This document shows, in pieces, positions 38,099 to 47,300 of a stretch of DNA of 64,000 bases. A program made the position numbers and the translations under genes. Source of the DNA: an uncultured Clostridia bacterium (GTDB lineage Bacteria; Bacillota; Clostridia; Christensenellales; DTU072). The notes under the pieces are model-generated. The model saw only the letters and a list, made by a program, of their open reading frames with translations, was not told the DNA's origin and did no database searches. Within the stretch, counting starts at the first letter, position 1. Every line of letters starts with the position of its first letter. Location: contig CAKQTC010000005.1 of the NCBI GenBank assembly GCA_934274515.1, positions 77,193 to 141,192 on the forward strand, given 5' to 3'.

Positions 38099-38929
38099 AT
38101 GTCGATTATCGAGATTAAAAATGTCGATTTTTCATACAAAACCGACGATATGCTCACTACGGGCGTAAAAAACGTTTCGCTTTCCGTCGAAGAAGGCGAG
38201 TTTTTCGTGTTGCTCGGACACAACGGCAGCGGCAAAAGCACGCTCGCCAAGTTAATCAACGGGTTTCTTTCCCCCGACAACGGCGAAATTATCGTAAACG
38301 GCGTAAACACCGCCGACGAAGAGCGAATTTTCGACCTGCGCTCCACCGTAGGTATGGTATTCCAGAACCCCGACAACCAAATGGTCGCGTCCGTCATCGA
38401 AGACGACGTCGCGTTCGGTTGCGAAAATTTAGGCGTTCCGCCGGACGAAATCCGTCGGCGCGTCGATTGGGCGTTACAAACGGTAGGTATGTTCGACCGC
38501 AAAGACGGCACCCCGTTCAAACTGAGCGGCGGACAAAAACAGCGCGTCGCCATCGCCGCCATCTTGGCAATGCTCCCGAAAGTCCTCATTCTCGACGAAA
38601 GCACCTCGATGCTGGACCCGGAAGGAAGAAGGGAAGTTCTCGATACCGTTTCCACCTTAAACAAACAACACGGCATGACCGTTATTTTAATAACTCACTA
38701 TATGGACGAAGCGATTTCCGCGGACAGAATAGGCGTTATGAACGGCGGAGAACTTGTCTATACGGGTACCCCTAACGCTGTTTTCGGGCAGCCCGAACTC
38801 TTAAATAAAGCAAAACTCGAATTGCCGTTTTCGGCGGCGGTTTCCTTGGAAATGCAGCGACGCGGCTATCCCGTGTCGGTTTGTCTTGACGACGAAACGC
38901 TTACGGAGGAACTATGCCGATTAAAGTAG
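38099..38929 (+). CDS. ecfA1: energy-coupling factor transporter ATPase EcfA1
   Basis: Walker A GHNGSGKST, signature LSGGQKQRVAIA, Walker B ILILDEST. Start chosen at MSIIEIKNVDFSYK. TTG 38069 and ATG 38081 are alternatives, and no start has a good SD. Confidence 0.85.
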   Translation: MSIIEIKNVDFSYKTDDMLTTGVKNVSLSVEEGEFFVLLGHNGSGKSTLAKLINGFLSPDNGEIIVNGVNTADEERIFDLRSTVGMVFQNPDNQMVASVIEDDVAFGCENLGVPPDEIRRRVDWALQTVGMFDRKDGTPFKLSGGQKQRVAIAAILAMLPKVLILDESTSMLDPEGRREVLDTVSTLNKQHGMTVILITHYMDEAISADRIGVMNGGELVYTGTPNAVFGQPELLNKAKLELPFSAAVSLEMQRRGYPVSVCLDDETLTEELCRLK

Positions 38930-39783
38930 AAGGTTTATCATACACTTACGGCAAAAAATCCCCGTTCGAGAAAAAGGCTCTCGACGACGTTTCTTTTACG
39001 ATTAACGACGGGGAGTTCGTGGGGATAGTCGGTTGCACGGGTAGCGGGAAAAGCACGCTCGTGCAGCATCTCAACGCGCTTATTCGCCTTACCGACGGCA
39101 AAATCGAAGTGGACGACGTGGATTTAACCAAACGCAAACCCGATTTGCAAAAACTTCGTAAAAAAATCGGTATGCTGTTTCAATACCCCGAGTATCAACT
39201 ATTTGCCGAAACCGTACTCGACGACGTCAAGTTCGGACCTAAAAACTTCGGAATGAAAGACGAAGAAGCCACCGACGCGGCAGCGGACGCGATAAGGCTC
39301 GTCGGGCTGGACTTCGACGAAATCAAAGACCGCTCGCCGATAGAAATAAGCGGCGGACAAAAACGTCGCGTCGCGGTAGCGGGCGTTATCGCGTACAAAC
39401 CCGACGTTCTTATTTTGGACGAACCGACCGCAGGGCTTGATCCGCTCGGAAAACGGGATATGCTCGACCTTCTTACCTATTTAAGAAATTCGGGCGCGGT
39501 AAAAACGGTAATAATGGTAAGTCACAATATGGACGAAATCGCAGAATACGCCGACCGCGTAATCGCTCTCGACCAAGGCAAAGTTATCGCCGACGGCTCG
39601 CCCGAAGAATTCTTTTATTCTTCGGTTTGCCCTCCCGCGCTCACGCCGCCGCACGCCGTGTCCATAACGAAAAAACTTGCGGAAAACGGCATCGTTCTTC
39701 CCTGCCGTCCGCTCACGAAAAAGCAACTTATTTCCGCTCTTCTCGATTACTTCGGCAAAGCGAAAGGAGGCGAAAATGGGTAA
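38914..39783 (+). CDS. ecfA2: energy-coupling factor transporter ATPase EcfA2
   Basis: Walker A GCTGSGKST, signature ISGGQKRRVAVA, Walker B VLILDEPTAGLD. Overlaps the end of ecfA1. Confidence 0.9.
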   Translation: MPIKVEGLSYTYGKKSPFEKKALDDVSFTINDGEFVGIVGCTGSGKSTLVQHLNALIRLTDGKIEVDDVDLTKRKPDLQKLRKKIGMLFQYPEYQLFAETVLDDVKFGPKNFGMKDEEATDAAADAIRLVGLDFDEIKDRSPIEISGGQKRRVAVAGVIAYKPDVLILDEPTAGLDPLGKRDMLDLLTYLRNSGAVKTVIMVSHNMDEIAEYADRVIALDQGKVIADGSPEEFFYSSVCPPALTPPHAVSITKKLAENGIVLPCRPLTKKQLISALLDYFGKAKGGENG

Positions 39784-40606
39784 AGACATCGTTTACGGTC
39801 AATACTACCCGGCGTCGTCGTTTATTCACAAACTCGACCCGCGTCTTAAACTTTTTGCCTCCGTAATCTTCATCGCCGCTATTTTCGTGTGCGACACTTT
39901 CTATTCGTACGCCGCGTGTTATGCGTTTCTTTTAATCGTAATTTTGGTATCCAAAGTTCCGCTTTTGAGTGTCCTAAAAACCGTAAAAGCGGTTTTATTT
40001 ATCGTCATTCTCACAGCGGTGATAAACGTATTTTTCTATAAGGACGGGACGGTTCTTGCAGAGTGGAAGATTTTTCGCATAACGGACGCAGGACTTATTT
40101 ACGCGGCGAAAATGGCGTTGCGGATACTTTTCCTTGTCATATCCACTTCGATGGTGAGTTTCACCAGCACGCCGATGGCTCTTACCGACGGAATGGAAAG
40201 TCTTATGAAACCGCTAAAACTCGTTCGTTTCCCCGTTCACGACGTGGCGGTAATAATGAGTACGGCGTTACGTTTTATCCCTACTCTTATGGAAGAAGTC
40301 AACAAGATAATAATGGCGCAAAAAGCGCGCGGCGCGCACTTTGACAACGGCGGTTTGCTTAAACGAGCGAAAGCGCTGTTGCCGGTGCTTATTCCACTAT
40401 TCGTATCCACTTTCCGACGGGCGGACGAACTCGCGATGGCTCTCGACGCAAGGTGTTACAACGCGACCCCGAACCGCACGAAAATGAAACCGTTGCGTTT
40501 TACCTATCGCGACCTTATCGCGCTTATTTTGCTTGCGATTTTTCTTACCGTTATCATCCTTCTCAAAGTCGGATTTTTCGGACTTATTCCGCAAGGCACG
40601 ATATGA
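39776..40606 (+). CDS. ecfT: energy-coupling factor transporter transmembrane protein EcfT
   Basis: Start moved to ATG 39776 (AAAGGAGG upstream), giving 276 aa. Multi-pass membrane protein with the two conserved Ala-Arg motifs (AQKARGA, ALDARCY). Confidence 0.85.
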   Translation: MGKDIVYGQYYPASSFIHKLDPRLKLFASVIFIAAIFVCDTFYSYAACYAFLLIVILVSKVPLLSVLKTVKAVLFIVILTAVINVFFYKDGTVLAEWKIFRITDAGLIYAAKMALRILFLVISTSMVSFTSTPMALTDGMESLMKPLKLVRFPVHDVAVIMSTALRFIPTLMEEVNKIIMAQKARGAHFDNGGLLKRAKALLPVLIPLFVSTFRRADELAMALDARCYNATPNRTKMKPLRFTYRDLIALILLAIFLTVIILLKVGFFGLIPQGTI

Positions 40607-41361
40607 AACGCATACTTCTCACGATAGAATACGACGGGACGAACTTTTCCGGGTGGCAAATTCAACCCGAAAAACGCACGGTACAAGGAGAACTGGAAAC
40701 GGTATTAACCGCTCTTTTCGGAGAGAAAATAACTCTTAAAGCGAGCGGTCGCACGGACGCCGGCGTTCACGCTCTCGCGCAAAAAGCGCATTTCGACGCG
40801 AATTTTTCCATTCCGACGGACAAACTTTGCTATGCCGTCAACGTTCGATTGCCGTCCGACGTGGCGGTTCGACGCGCGGAAGAAGTTCCTTCGGATTTCG
40901 AAGCGAGATTTTCCGCCAAAGAAAAAACTTACAAGTATACTTTTTATTTTGACAAAATAACCCGTCCTCTTATCGACAGATACGCGGCGAGAGTCGCTTA
41001 CGACGAAAATAAATTTAACGTGGAAAAAGCGAAAACCGCTTTGAAAAAAATTGTAGGAACGCACGACTTTTCCGCGTTCTCTTCCACCGGCAGACCCGTA
41101 TCGGACGCAACGCGCACTATTTATGCCGCGTCGCTCGAAAAAACCGACGAGGCTTTTTCCCTTACCGTCACGGGCAACGGGTTCCTTTACAATATGGTAC
41201 GCATAATCGCAGGCACGATTATCGAAGTCGGGCTCGGTCTTATCCCGGAAACCAACGTCGAACTCGCCCTGCGTTCTCCCGACCGAGCCTTGCTCGGCAA
41301 AACGTACCCTGCGCGCGGACTTTGCCTTACGTCGGTAATCTATCCGAACCGCCTCGAATAA
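40603..41361 (+). CDS. truA: tRNA pseudouridine(38-40) synthase TruA
   Basis: Start at ATG 40603 (ATGA overlap with the ecfT stop), giving 252 aa. MKRILLTIEYDGTNFSGWQIQ and the catalytic motif SGRTDAGVHA. Confidence 0.9.
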   Translation: MKRILLTIEYDGTNFSGWQIQPEKRTVQGELETVLTALFGEKITLKASGRTDAGVHALAQKAHFDANFSIPTDKLCYAVNVRLPSDVAVRRAEEVPSDFEARFSAKEKTYKYTFYFDKITRPLIDRYAARVAYDENKFNVEKAKTALKKIVGTHDFSAFSSTGRPVSDATRTIYAASLEKTDEAFSLTVTGNGFLYNMVRIIAGTIIEVGLGLIPETNVELALRSPDRALLGKTYPARGLCLTSVIYPNRLE

Positions 41362-41383
41362 CGTCCTCGACCGCTCCGCTCTC

Positions 41384-42235
41384 TCAGTACGTCGTTTTTA
41401 CCGCTTTGCGTTTTTCGACGTCTTTTTTTATGTCTTTCCACCCCCAAGTCAAGCCTATGACGTGTACGAGTATTTCGCCGTACACCATCAACGGGCAAAA
41501 CAACCACACCAAGGGCCAGTAAAAATCGCCCGTTCTGTACCCGAACCCGTGTTTCATAAAATCGGGAACGAGCGCAGTGACGAATTTCAATTTATCCGCC
41601 ATTTGCGGCGTAAGACCGAAAATATAGCAACTGTTTCTTTCCGTCGGGTCAAGCACCATGTCTTCGAGCGTTTGGTCGGTAAACCCGACCGCTCGCAACA
41701 CGAGTTCGTTAAGCGCGATTACCCCCAACACGACGAACAGGCTTATCGGTACTTTCCAGAACCGCTTATAATTCGGACGGTGCAGTCCGTACGCAAACGT
41801 GTACGCGCCTTGCATCAAAAGCAAAACGTGCGACAAATAAAATCTTATCGTTTCCGCTCGGAACGGTTTATACCCCCACGCGCCTGTCGGAACGAAAATC
41901 GCAGCAAGTCCTCCGATAACGCTCAAAAACACGACGTAGTCTTTTGCGCCGTTCGACTTGCTCGCCATAACGAACGGGTAAATAAGCACGCTCACCGCGC
42001 AAATGTTTTCAAACGTGCATTTTCGCCAACTCATCGGATAATCGCCGCGGTATTCCGGCAAAAGCATTTTCAAAAAATGCACCGCAAGGTTAACGAGCGA
42101 TAAAACCATAACAAACGCGTACTGCGTTTTCTTATTCGCCTTTCTCAACGGGAAATATCCCGCTACCGCTATCGCAAGGCAAATAACCATATATAAAAAA
42201 TACCAAACGTTTCCCAGTTCCAACGTGGACGGCAT
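41384..42235 (-). CDS. multi-pass integral membrane protein of unknown function (possibly YwaF/TMEM164-like)
   Basis: 283 aa with AGGAG upstream and about 7 hydrophobic helices. Last gene of the ABC-2 operon. The family guess has low confidence. Confidence 0.7.
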   Translation of the reverse strand: MPSTLELGNVWYFLYMVICLAIAVAGYFPLRKANKKTQYAFVMVLSLVNLAVHFLKMLLPEYRGDYPMSWRKCTFENICAVSVLIYPFVMASKSNGAKDYVVFLSVIGGLAAIFVPTGAWGYKPFRAETIRFYLSHVLLLMQGAYTFAYGLHRPNYKRFWKVPISLFVVLGVIALNELVLRAVGFTDQTLEDMVLDPTERNSCYIFGLTPQMADKLKFVTALVPDFMKHGFGYRTGDFYWPLVWLFCPLMVYGEILVHVIGLTWGWKDIKKDVEKRKAVKTTY

Positions 42236-42266
42236 AATTTAATCTTTTCTCCTTTTTTTGCGCGCA

Positions 42267-43295
42267 TCAATACACGTCGCGCTTGTTTGTCACGACAAAA
42301 GCCGCCACTATCGAAATTGCCCACCAGAACAACACGATTGCAAGCGATATGAAGAAATTGCCGTTCCGCGGCACTTCGTTTATCCCGAAATATACGGAAA
42401 AGTCAAGCGACGAAGACAGTAAAAACGCGCTTATTCCCGTTTGTCCGAGGAAGTTTCCCACGTTAAACATTATCACTATCGACGGAACGATTCCGGCAGT
42501 CAACGAGCGAGTTACGGTTGCCAAACCGAAAGATACGGTTGCCATAACAAGCACGTTTATAAAATTATTCATAATCATTCCGAACGTTATCGCGCCGAGA
42601 GTCGTCATCGAAGCGGTCGTTGCGTTAAAGGAAGAAATTATTTTGGTAGACGCTTTCGAGCCGAACGCTATGCCGCCGTAAGCGAACCCGATTAAAGCGG
42701 GTATAAAAAACATCGCGGCAAGCACGGCATACATCGAAAGCAGTTTTGCCGCGGTAACGCTCGTTTTCGTGACCGGACGCGTCATAACGAGTTTTATCGT
42801 GCCGCTTTTATACTCGTTGCAGTACATTGACGCACCTAAAATAACGCCGTAAATTAGTACGATTATAGTAACTATACTTACGTAAATTACGGTGAAGCCT
42901 TCCGCGCTCAAACTCATCGTGTCAAAATTAAATCCTGCTATTTTGACGGGTTTGTCGTAATATCCGTGTTCCAGCGCGTATTTCAGCGAGATAATTTGAC
43001 TTTTTACTTCAAACCGCGCCGAGTACACGTTTTCGCCTTTCTTTTCGCGTTCGTCCAGTTCGGTTAATTGTTTTTCGCCCGACGCTATATATTGCATAAT
43101 TTCTTCTTTGGTAAGCGGACTTTCTTCAGGTTTCACAGGTCCGTCCATTCCGCCTTGCAAACCTTGGAACAAGTCGCTAATCGAGTTGTACGCGATAGCG
43201 AACAGCACGAGCAACGCTATCATCGCCACGCCTATTCCGATAAGGGCGTTTTTCTTAACGTTTTTCTTTATTTCCCAAATAAATAAGTTTTTCAT
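42267..43295 (-). CDS. ABC-2 type transporter permease
   Basis: 342 aa. N-terminal TM, an outside loop of about 100 aa, then a cluster of 5 TMs. ATGA overlap with the upstream ATPase gene. Confidence 0.8.
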   Translation of the reverse strand: MKNLFIWEIKKNVKKNALIGIGVAMIALLVLFAIAYNSISDLFQGLQGGMDGPVKPEESPLTKEEIMQYIASGEKQLTELDEREKKGENVYSARFEVKSQIISLKYALEHGYYDKPVKIAGFNFDTMSLSAEGFTVIYVSIVTIIVLIYGVILGASMYCNEYKSGTIKLVMTRPVTKTSVTAAKLLSMYAVLAAMFFIPALIGFAYGGIAFGSKASTKIISSFNATTASMTTLGAITFGMIMNNFINVLVMATVSFGLATVTRSLTAGIVPSIVIMFNVGNFLGQTGISAFLLSSSLDFSVYFGINEVPRNGNFFISLAIVLFWWAISIVAAFVVTNKRDVY

Positions 43296-44269
43296 TCGTT
43301 TTTGCTCCCTTCTTCGCTTTTTTCGCTATGCGTTACGCTCATAAAGAATTCTTCGAGAGTGGTTTCTTTGCGAGTAATGCCAAGCACGCTTACTCCCCTT
43401 AAAATGAGGTCTTTTGCTATGTCGTTGACGGGTTTGTCGGTAGCAAATTCGATTTTGCCGTTTCCGAGTATCGTGCTGTCAAGACACATATCGTCTTTTA
43501 GCACGTCGCGCGCCTTGATTACGTCTTCCGTGGTAAGAATTATTTTCGTTTCTCCGCCGAGCGCGGCGATGTCAGAAGCGGTAAACACGCCCGTAACCCG
43601 ACCTTTGTCTATGATAACGTACTTGTCGCACATCGCCTGTATTTCGCTCAACAAGTGACTGCTCACAAGCACAGCCATTCCGTATTCTTTGCTTATTTTA
43701 CGCAAAATATCCCTTACTTCCATTATTCCGTTCGGGTCAAGTCCGTTCGTCGGCTCGTCAAGAACGAGCAAGTCCGGTCGCGCCAACAACGCCTGCGCTA
43801 TGCCGACGCGTTGCTTCATTCCGAGAGAATACTTCCTTATTTGGTCGTTCCGCCTGTCGTACACACCGACCATTTTAAGCAAATCCTCAGAGCGTTGTTT
43901 TACCGCGGCTTTCCTTTCCGCACCTTTACCGAACTCTTCGCAATGCGATATCGCCGCAAAATATTCGAGGTTTTTCATCGCGCTCCACTCGCGGTACAAA
44001 TCGGGGTTTTCTATAATGCACCCGACTTTTTCAAGTGCTTTTACGCGGTTTTTCCGTATGTCGTAACCGTTTATCCTGACCGAACCCGAAGTAGGCTCGG
44101 CAAGCCCGGTAACGATTTTGAGCGTAGTGCTTTTGCCTGCGCCGTTCTGTCCGATAAACCCGACGACTTCTCCCTTGTCCACGGTAAAACTAACGTCTTC
44201 CGCGGCGGTCACAGTTCGCCCTTTGCTTTTGTAAACTTTCGTTATGCCGTCTATTTCCAAAACAGCCAT
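43292..44269 (-). CDS. ABC transporter ATP-binding protein (ABC-2 exporter type)
   Basis: Walker A GQNGAGKST, signature YSLGMKQRVGIA, Walker B LLVLDEPTNGLD. GGAGG upstream. C-terminal extension of about 90 aa. Confidence 0.9.
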   Translation of the reverse strand: MAVLEIDGITKVYKSKGRTVTAAEDVSFTVDKGEVVGFIGQNGAGKSTTLKIVTGLAEPTSGSVRINGYDIRKNRVKALEKVGCIIENPDLYREWSAMKNLEYFAAISHCEEFGKGAERKAAVKQRSEDLLKMVGVYDRRNDQIRKYSLGMKQRVGIAQALLARPDLLVLDEPTNGLDPNGIMEVRDILRKISKEYGMAVLVSSHLLSEIQAMCDKYVIIDKGRVTGVFTASDIAALGGETKIILTTEDVIKARDVLKDDMCLDSTILGNGKIEFATDKPVNDIAKDLILRGVSVLGITRKETTLEEFFMSVTHSEKSEEGSKNE

Positions 44270-44323
44270 ATTGTCCTCCTTTTCCGCTTCCGGCGGAACA
44301 GTAAATTATTTTCGTAACGCGCG

Positions 44324-44359
44324 AAAAACCCGAATAAAACTTTTTCTTTTTTATTCGGG
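44324..44359 (-). terminator. intrinsic terminator after giant gene 3
   Basis: On the minus strand, CCCGAATAAAA-9 nt-TTTTATTCGGG followed by TTTTT. The stem is AT-rich, so read-through into the ABC operon is plausible. Confidence 0.6.
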
Positions 44360-44372
44360 CGGGCGGGTGGGG
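44356..44372 (+). repeat. G-quadruplex-type 17-mer CGGGCGGGCGGGTGGGG, copy 2 of 2
   Basis: Exact copy of 1321-1337. Overlaps the 5-prime arm of the terminator hairpin. Confidence 0.5.
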
Positions 44373-44392
44373 TCCGCTTTTCGTTAAATCGG

Positions 44393-47300
44393 TTATTTTT
44401 CGGGGTTCGTCCACAGGACTAGTATACGGAACGTTTTTGTAATGCTCTCGTTATTCCTTTCAAACGCCTTAACTTCCCACGCGTAATATTTTGCGTCAAC
44501 CAGCGGCACTGCCTCGTTGTTCCATTGAGCACCCTCCGCCGTTCCATCGTCCGTCGTCTTGCCCGTAGGACGATAGAACCGCATATCTTCTTCGCTCATA
44601 AGTTCGTCCTCTCCGTCTTGGAGCGGCCACGGTTTTACTATGCCGCCTATCCGATACTCCTTGCCGTCGAGCCTTAGGTAATACGTCTTTTTGCCCGTCG
44701 CGGAGTTTACCTCGCTGTTCGTGGCGTACGTTTCGATATATTTGTTAAGCGCGGTTTCGAGCGTTGCGTTTTTGCCCGTTACCGTCGCCACGTTTTCAAA
44801 TCCGTCGCCGCAAATAAGACACGACCTTTCCACTACCGTCAAATCTACTTCTTCGTAATTTTCTCCGAATACGCCTTTTACAAACGCATAACGATAAAGG
44901 TTTTCCTTCCTTCCTCCTATAACCTGCGTTTGCGGTTCGTGTTTCAATTCGAACTCGCTTTCAAACTTCCTGACTTCTCCCCAAACGAACAACGTGTCTT
45001 TGCACAGCAATTCGTTGGTGACCGAATTCGTCGAACAGTGGTATTCTTCGCTGTAATTAATCGCTTTTAACGCGACGGTAACGTCGTTTATCCATACGGA
45101 AGCAAGCCCGTCGGAACTCAAAATAAGGTACGTCAGCACGTCTGCGCCCGTTTCGTTCCTTACCGCGATAGGGAATACGAACGAGCCGTTGTCGGTGTAG
45201 AAGCAACCGTTATCGAGCGCTTCGTTCGTCGTTGCGCTCCCTGCGGCTATATTCGCTCTGTGCCGATTATACTCCGCCACCAAATCTTTCGCATAGTTCA
45301 TAAATTCTTCTTTGTCGCTAAATCCGTATAAATTCGCTATCGCCGCCTGTAAATCGACGGTTTCGGGAACGGTGTCCGCTTTTCTCGTTATGGCATACGG
45401 GTAATTCGCTCCTACCACCACGCTCTTGTTGTAATCGCCGCCTTCGGTGTCGAACGTCGCAACCGCCCCTTTATAAACGTCTATCGCTTTTTGATAAAGA
45501 TTGCTAAACGCGTTTAACGTCGAGAGAGAAACCGTTCCCGCGTATTCCGTTCCGTCCGTCGGTATCGTATGGTGCGACATAAACGTTGCGAACTGCGTGC
45601 TTAGCGTCTTTATTTTTCCGATCGTATCGGCAGACGGCGTCTTCGTCGTATGTTTGGTAAGGTTTTCGATATTTCCGAACTTTCCTGCTATCATTCCGAA
45701 GGGGTTGCAGTCGTCGTATTTGACGTAAACGTTCTCCCCGTTGTATCCCACTAGTTCGCTTTCGTACAGTTTGGAACAACGCCTGTTTCTGCACTGCTCC
45801 ACCGCGCAATAGTGTTCGGTCGCGGTTTCTTCGGTCGTGCCGCTGATAAACTCGCTGCAAACGTGTTTAACGAATATCTCCGCCATTATCTCGCTCCGTC
45901 CTTCCGTCGTCGCGAAACTTACGTAGAACACGTTGTAAAGCGTTCCGTCGTACCCTTCGGATAGGTCGTAGAACATTCCGTCGTCGTCCATCGTCACCAT
46001 TCCGTTATACGCTCTAAACATCGCGTCGTCGCGCCACGCTCTTCCTATATCGTTGGCAAATCTCGGCGTAACGGTGGCGTTGGATATAATTGTACCGTCA
46101 TATCCGACCATCTTTTCAAGCACCGCGTTAATCGCGGATACGTTTGCCCTCATCGCCGTTACCAAATTGTTTTTCGCTCTGTATCCCGTTTGTTCGCCCG
46201 TTCCGTAACTTTCGTATTCGATTTGTTGTTGCCCTAAATCGAACGTAACGGGAACTACCGTGTCGCAGTGTTTACACGGTCTGCCGAGCACCGTCCTTCC
46301 GAAATAATTCGCCACGACGTACGGTTTGGTTTCGTCCGCTTCGTGCGCGCCTATGTCCGCGATTTTTCCGCAAGAAGAACATCTGTGAATAATCGAGGTT
46401 CCGTTGTTATACGGTTGATAAGAATTACAAATATGGTTAATTTTCGCGGTGTACGAACCCGTTGTCGAAACGCTGAGCGTTTTGCCCGTTTCCGCGTCAA
46501 CGAGAACGACGTAGATAAGGTCGTACGCTACTTTGAGCGTTTCGTCGCCGTTAAGCACCCTTTCCGTTCTCTCTCGCAACTCGGTAAGGGGCGTCGTGAC
46601 ATCGCCTACGTTCGCTCTTGCAAAGTACGACTTACCGTCTATAAAGAACGCGTACCCTTTCAACGCCTCGTTCAAGTCTTCCGCCGTTCTCATATCCCCG
46701 ACGACGGTAAATTCTACCGACGGGGCGTCTTCTCTCGTGCAACGCGCGCACGCGTGGGTCAGCACTTTGTCTCCGCTGTCCACGTATCCGAAAGTATACC
46801 CCGGCAACCCGTCTTGTCCGAACGACGTCGCGTTTAGCGTCCCTCGTTCTTCGCAAGCGTGTTCGGGCGAATACGCCGCTTTGCAGCCGTCCGTAGCGCA
46901 AACGTATTTTCCGCTCGTTCCGTCGTAAACGTATGCGTTGTGGTTATGTTTTACGCCGATTATTATCTTATGTTCGGAGCCGACTCTCGTCGCCGCGACT
47001 CCGAAATATTCTATGCCGCCGAATACGAACATAAACAAGTAGTTATCTCCGACCGTTCCGCTCGTAGCGTCAATCGTCACGTTATATTGCGCGTTTATCT
47101 CGTTTTGCATACTTGCGATTTGCGTATCGCCGTCGTGCTGTCCGACGTTGAGTATTCCGTTGGAATCGCCGCAATTTTGACAAACGTACTCTATCGCGTA
47201 ATAATCCGTTCCCGCAAATCTGTCGATAAACGTTTCTTTCGTGCTATCGTATTCGTGGTTGGCTTGTTCTCCCTGCGCCTCTTCTCCGCAACCGATACAA

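Noticed and set aside
38026-38676. ORFs antisense to housekeeping genes: 38026-38676 (ecfA1), 39481-39789, 40705-41064, 41462-42103, 43655-44317, 6717-7394.
   Set aside because: Each fully overlaps a gene with clear family motifs on the other strand, and none has a motif or SD of its own.
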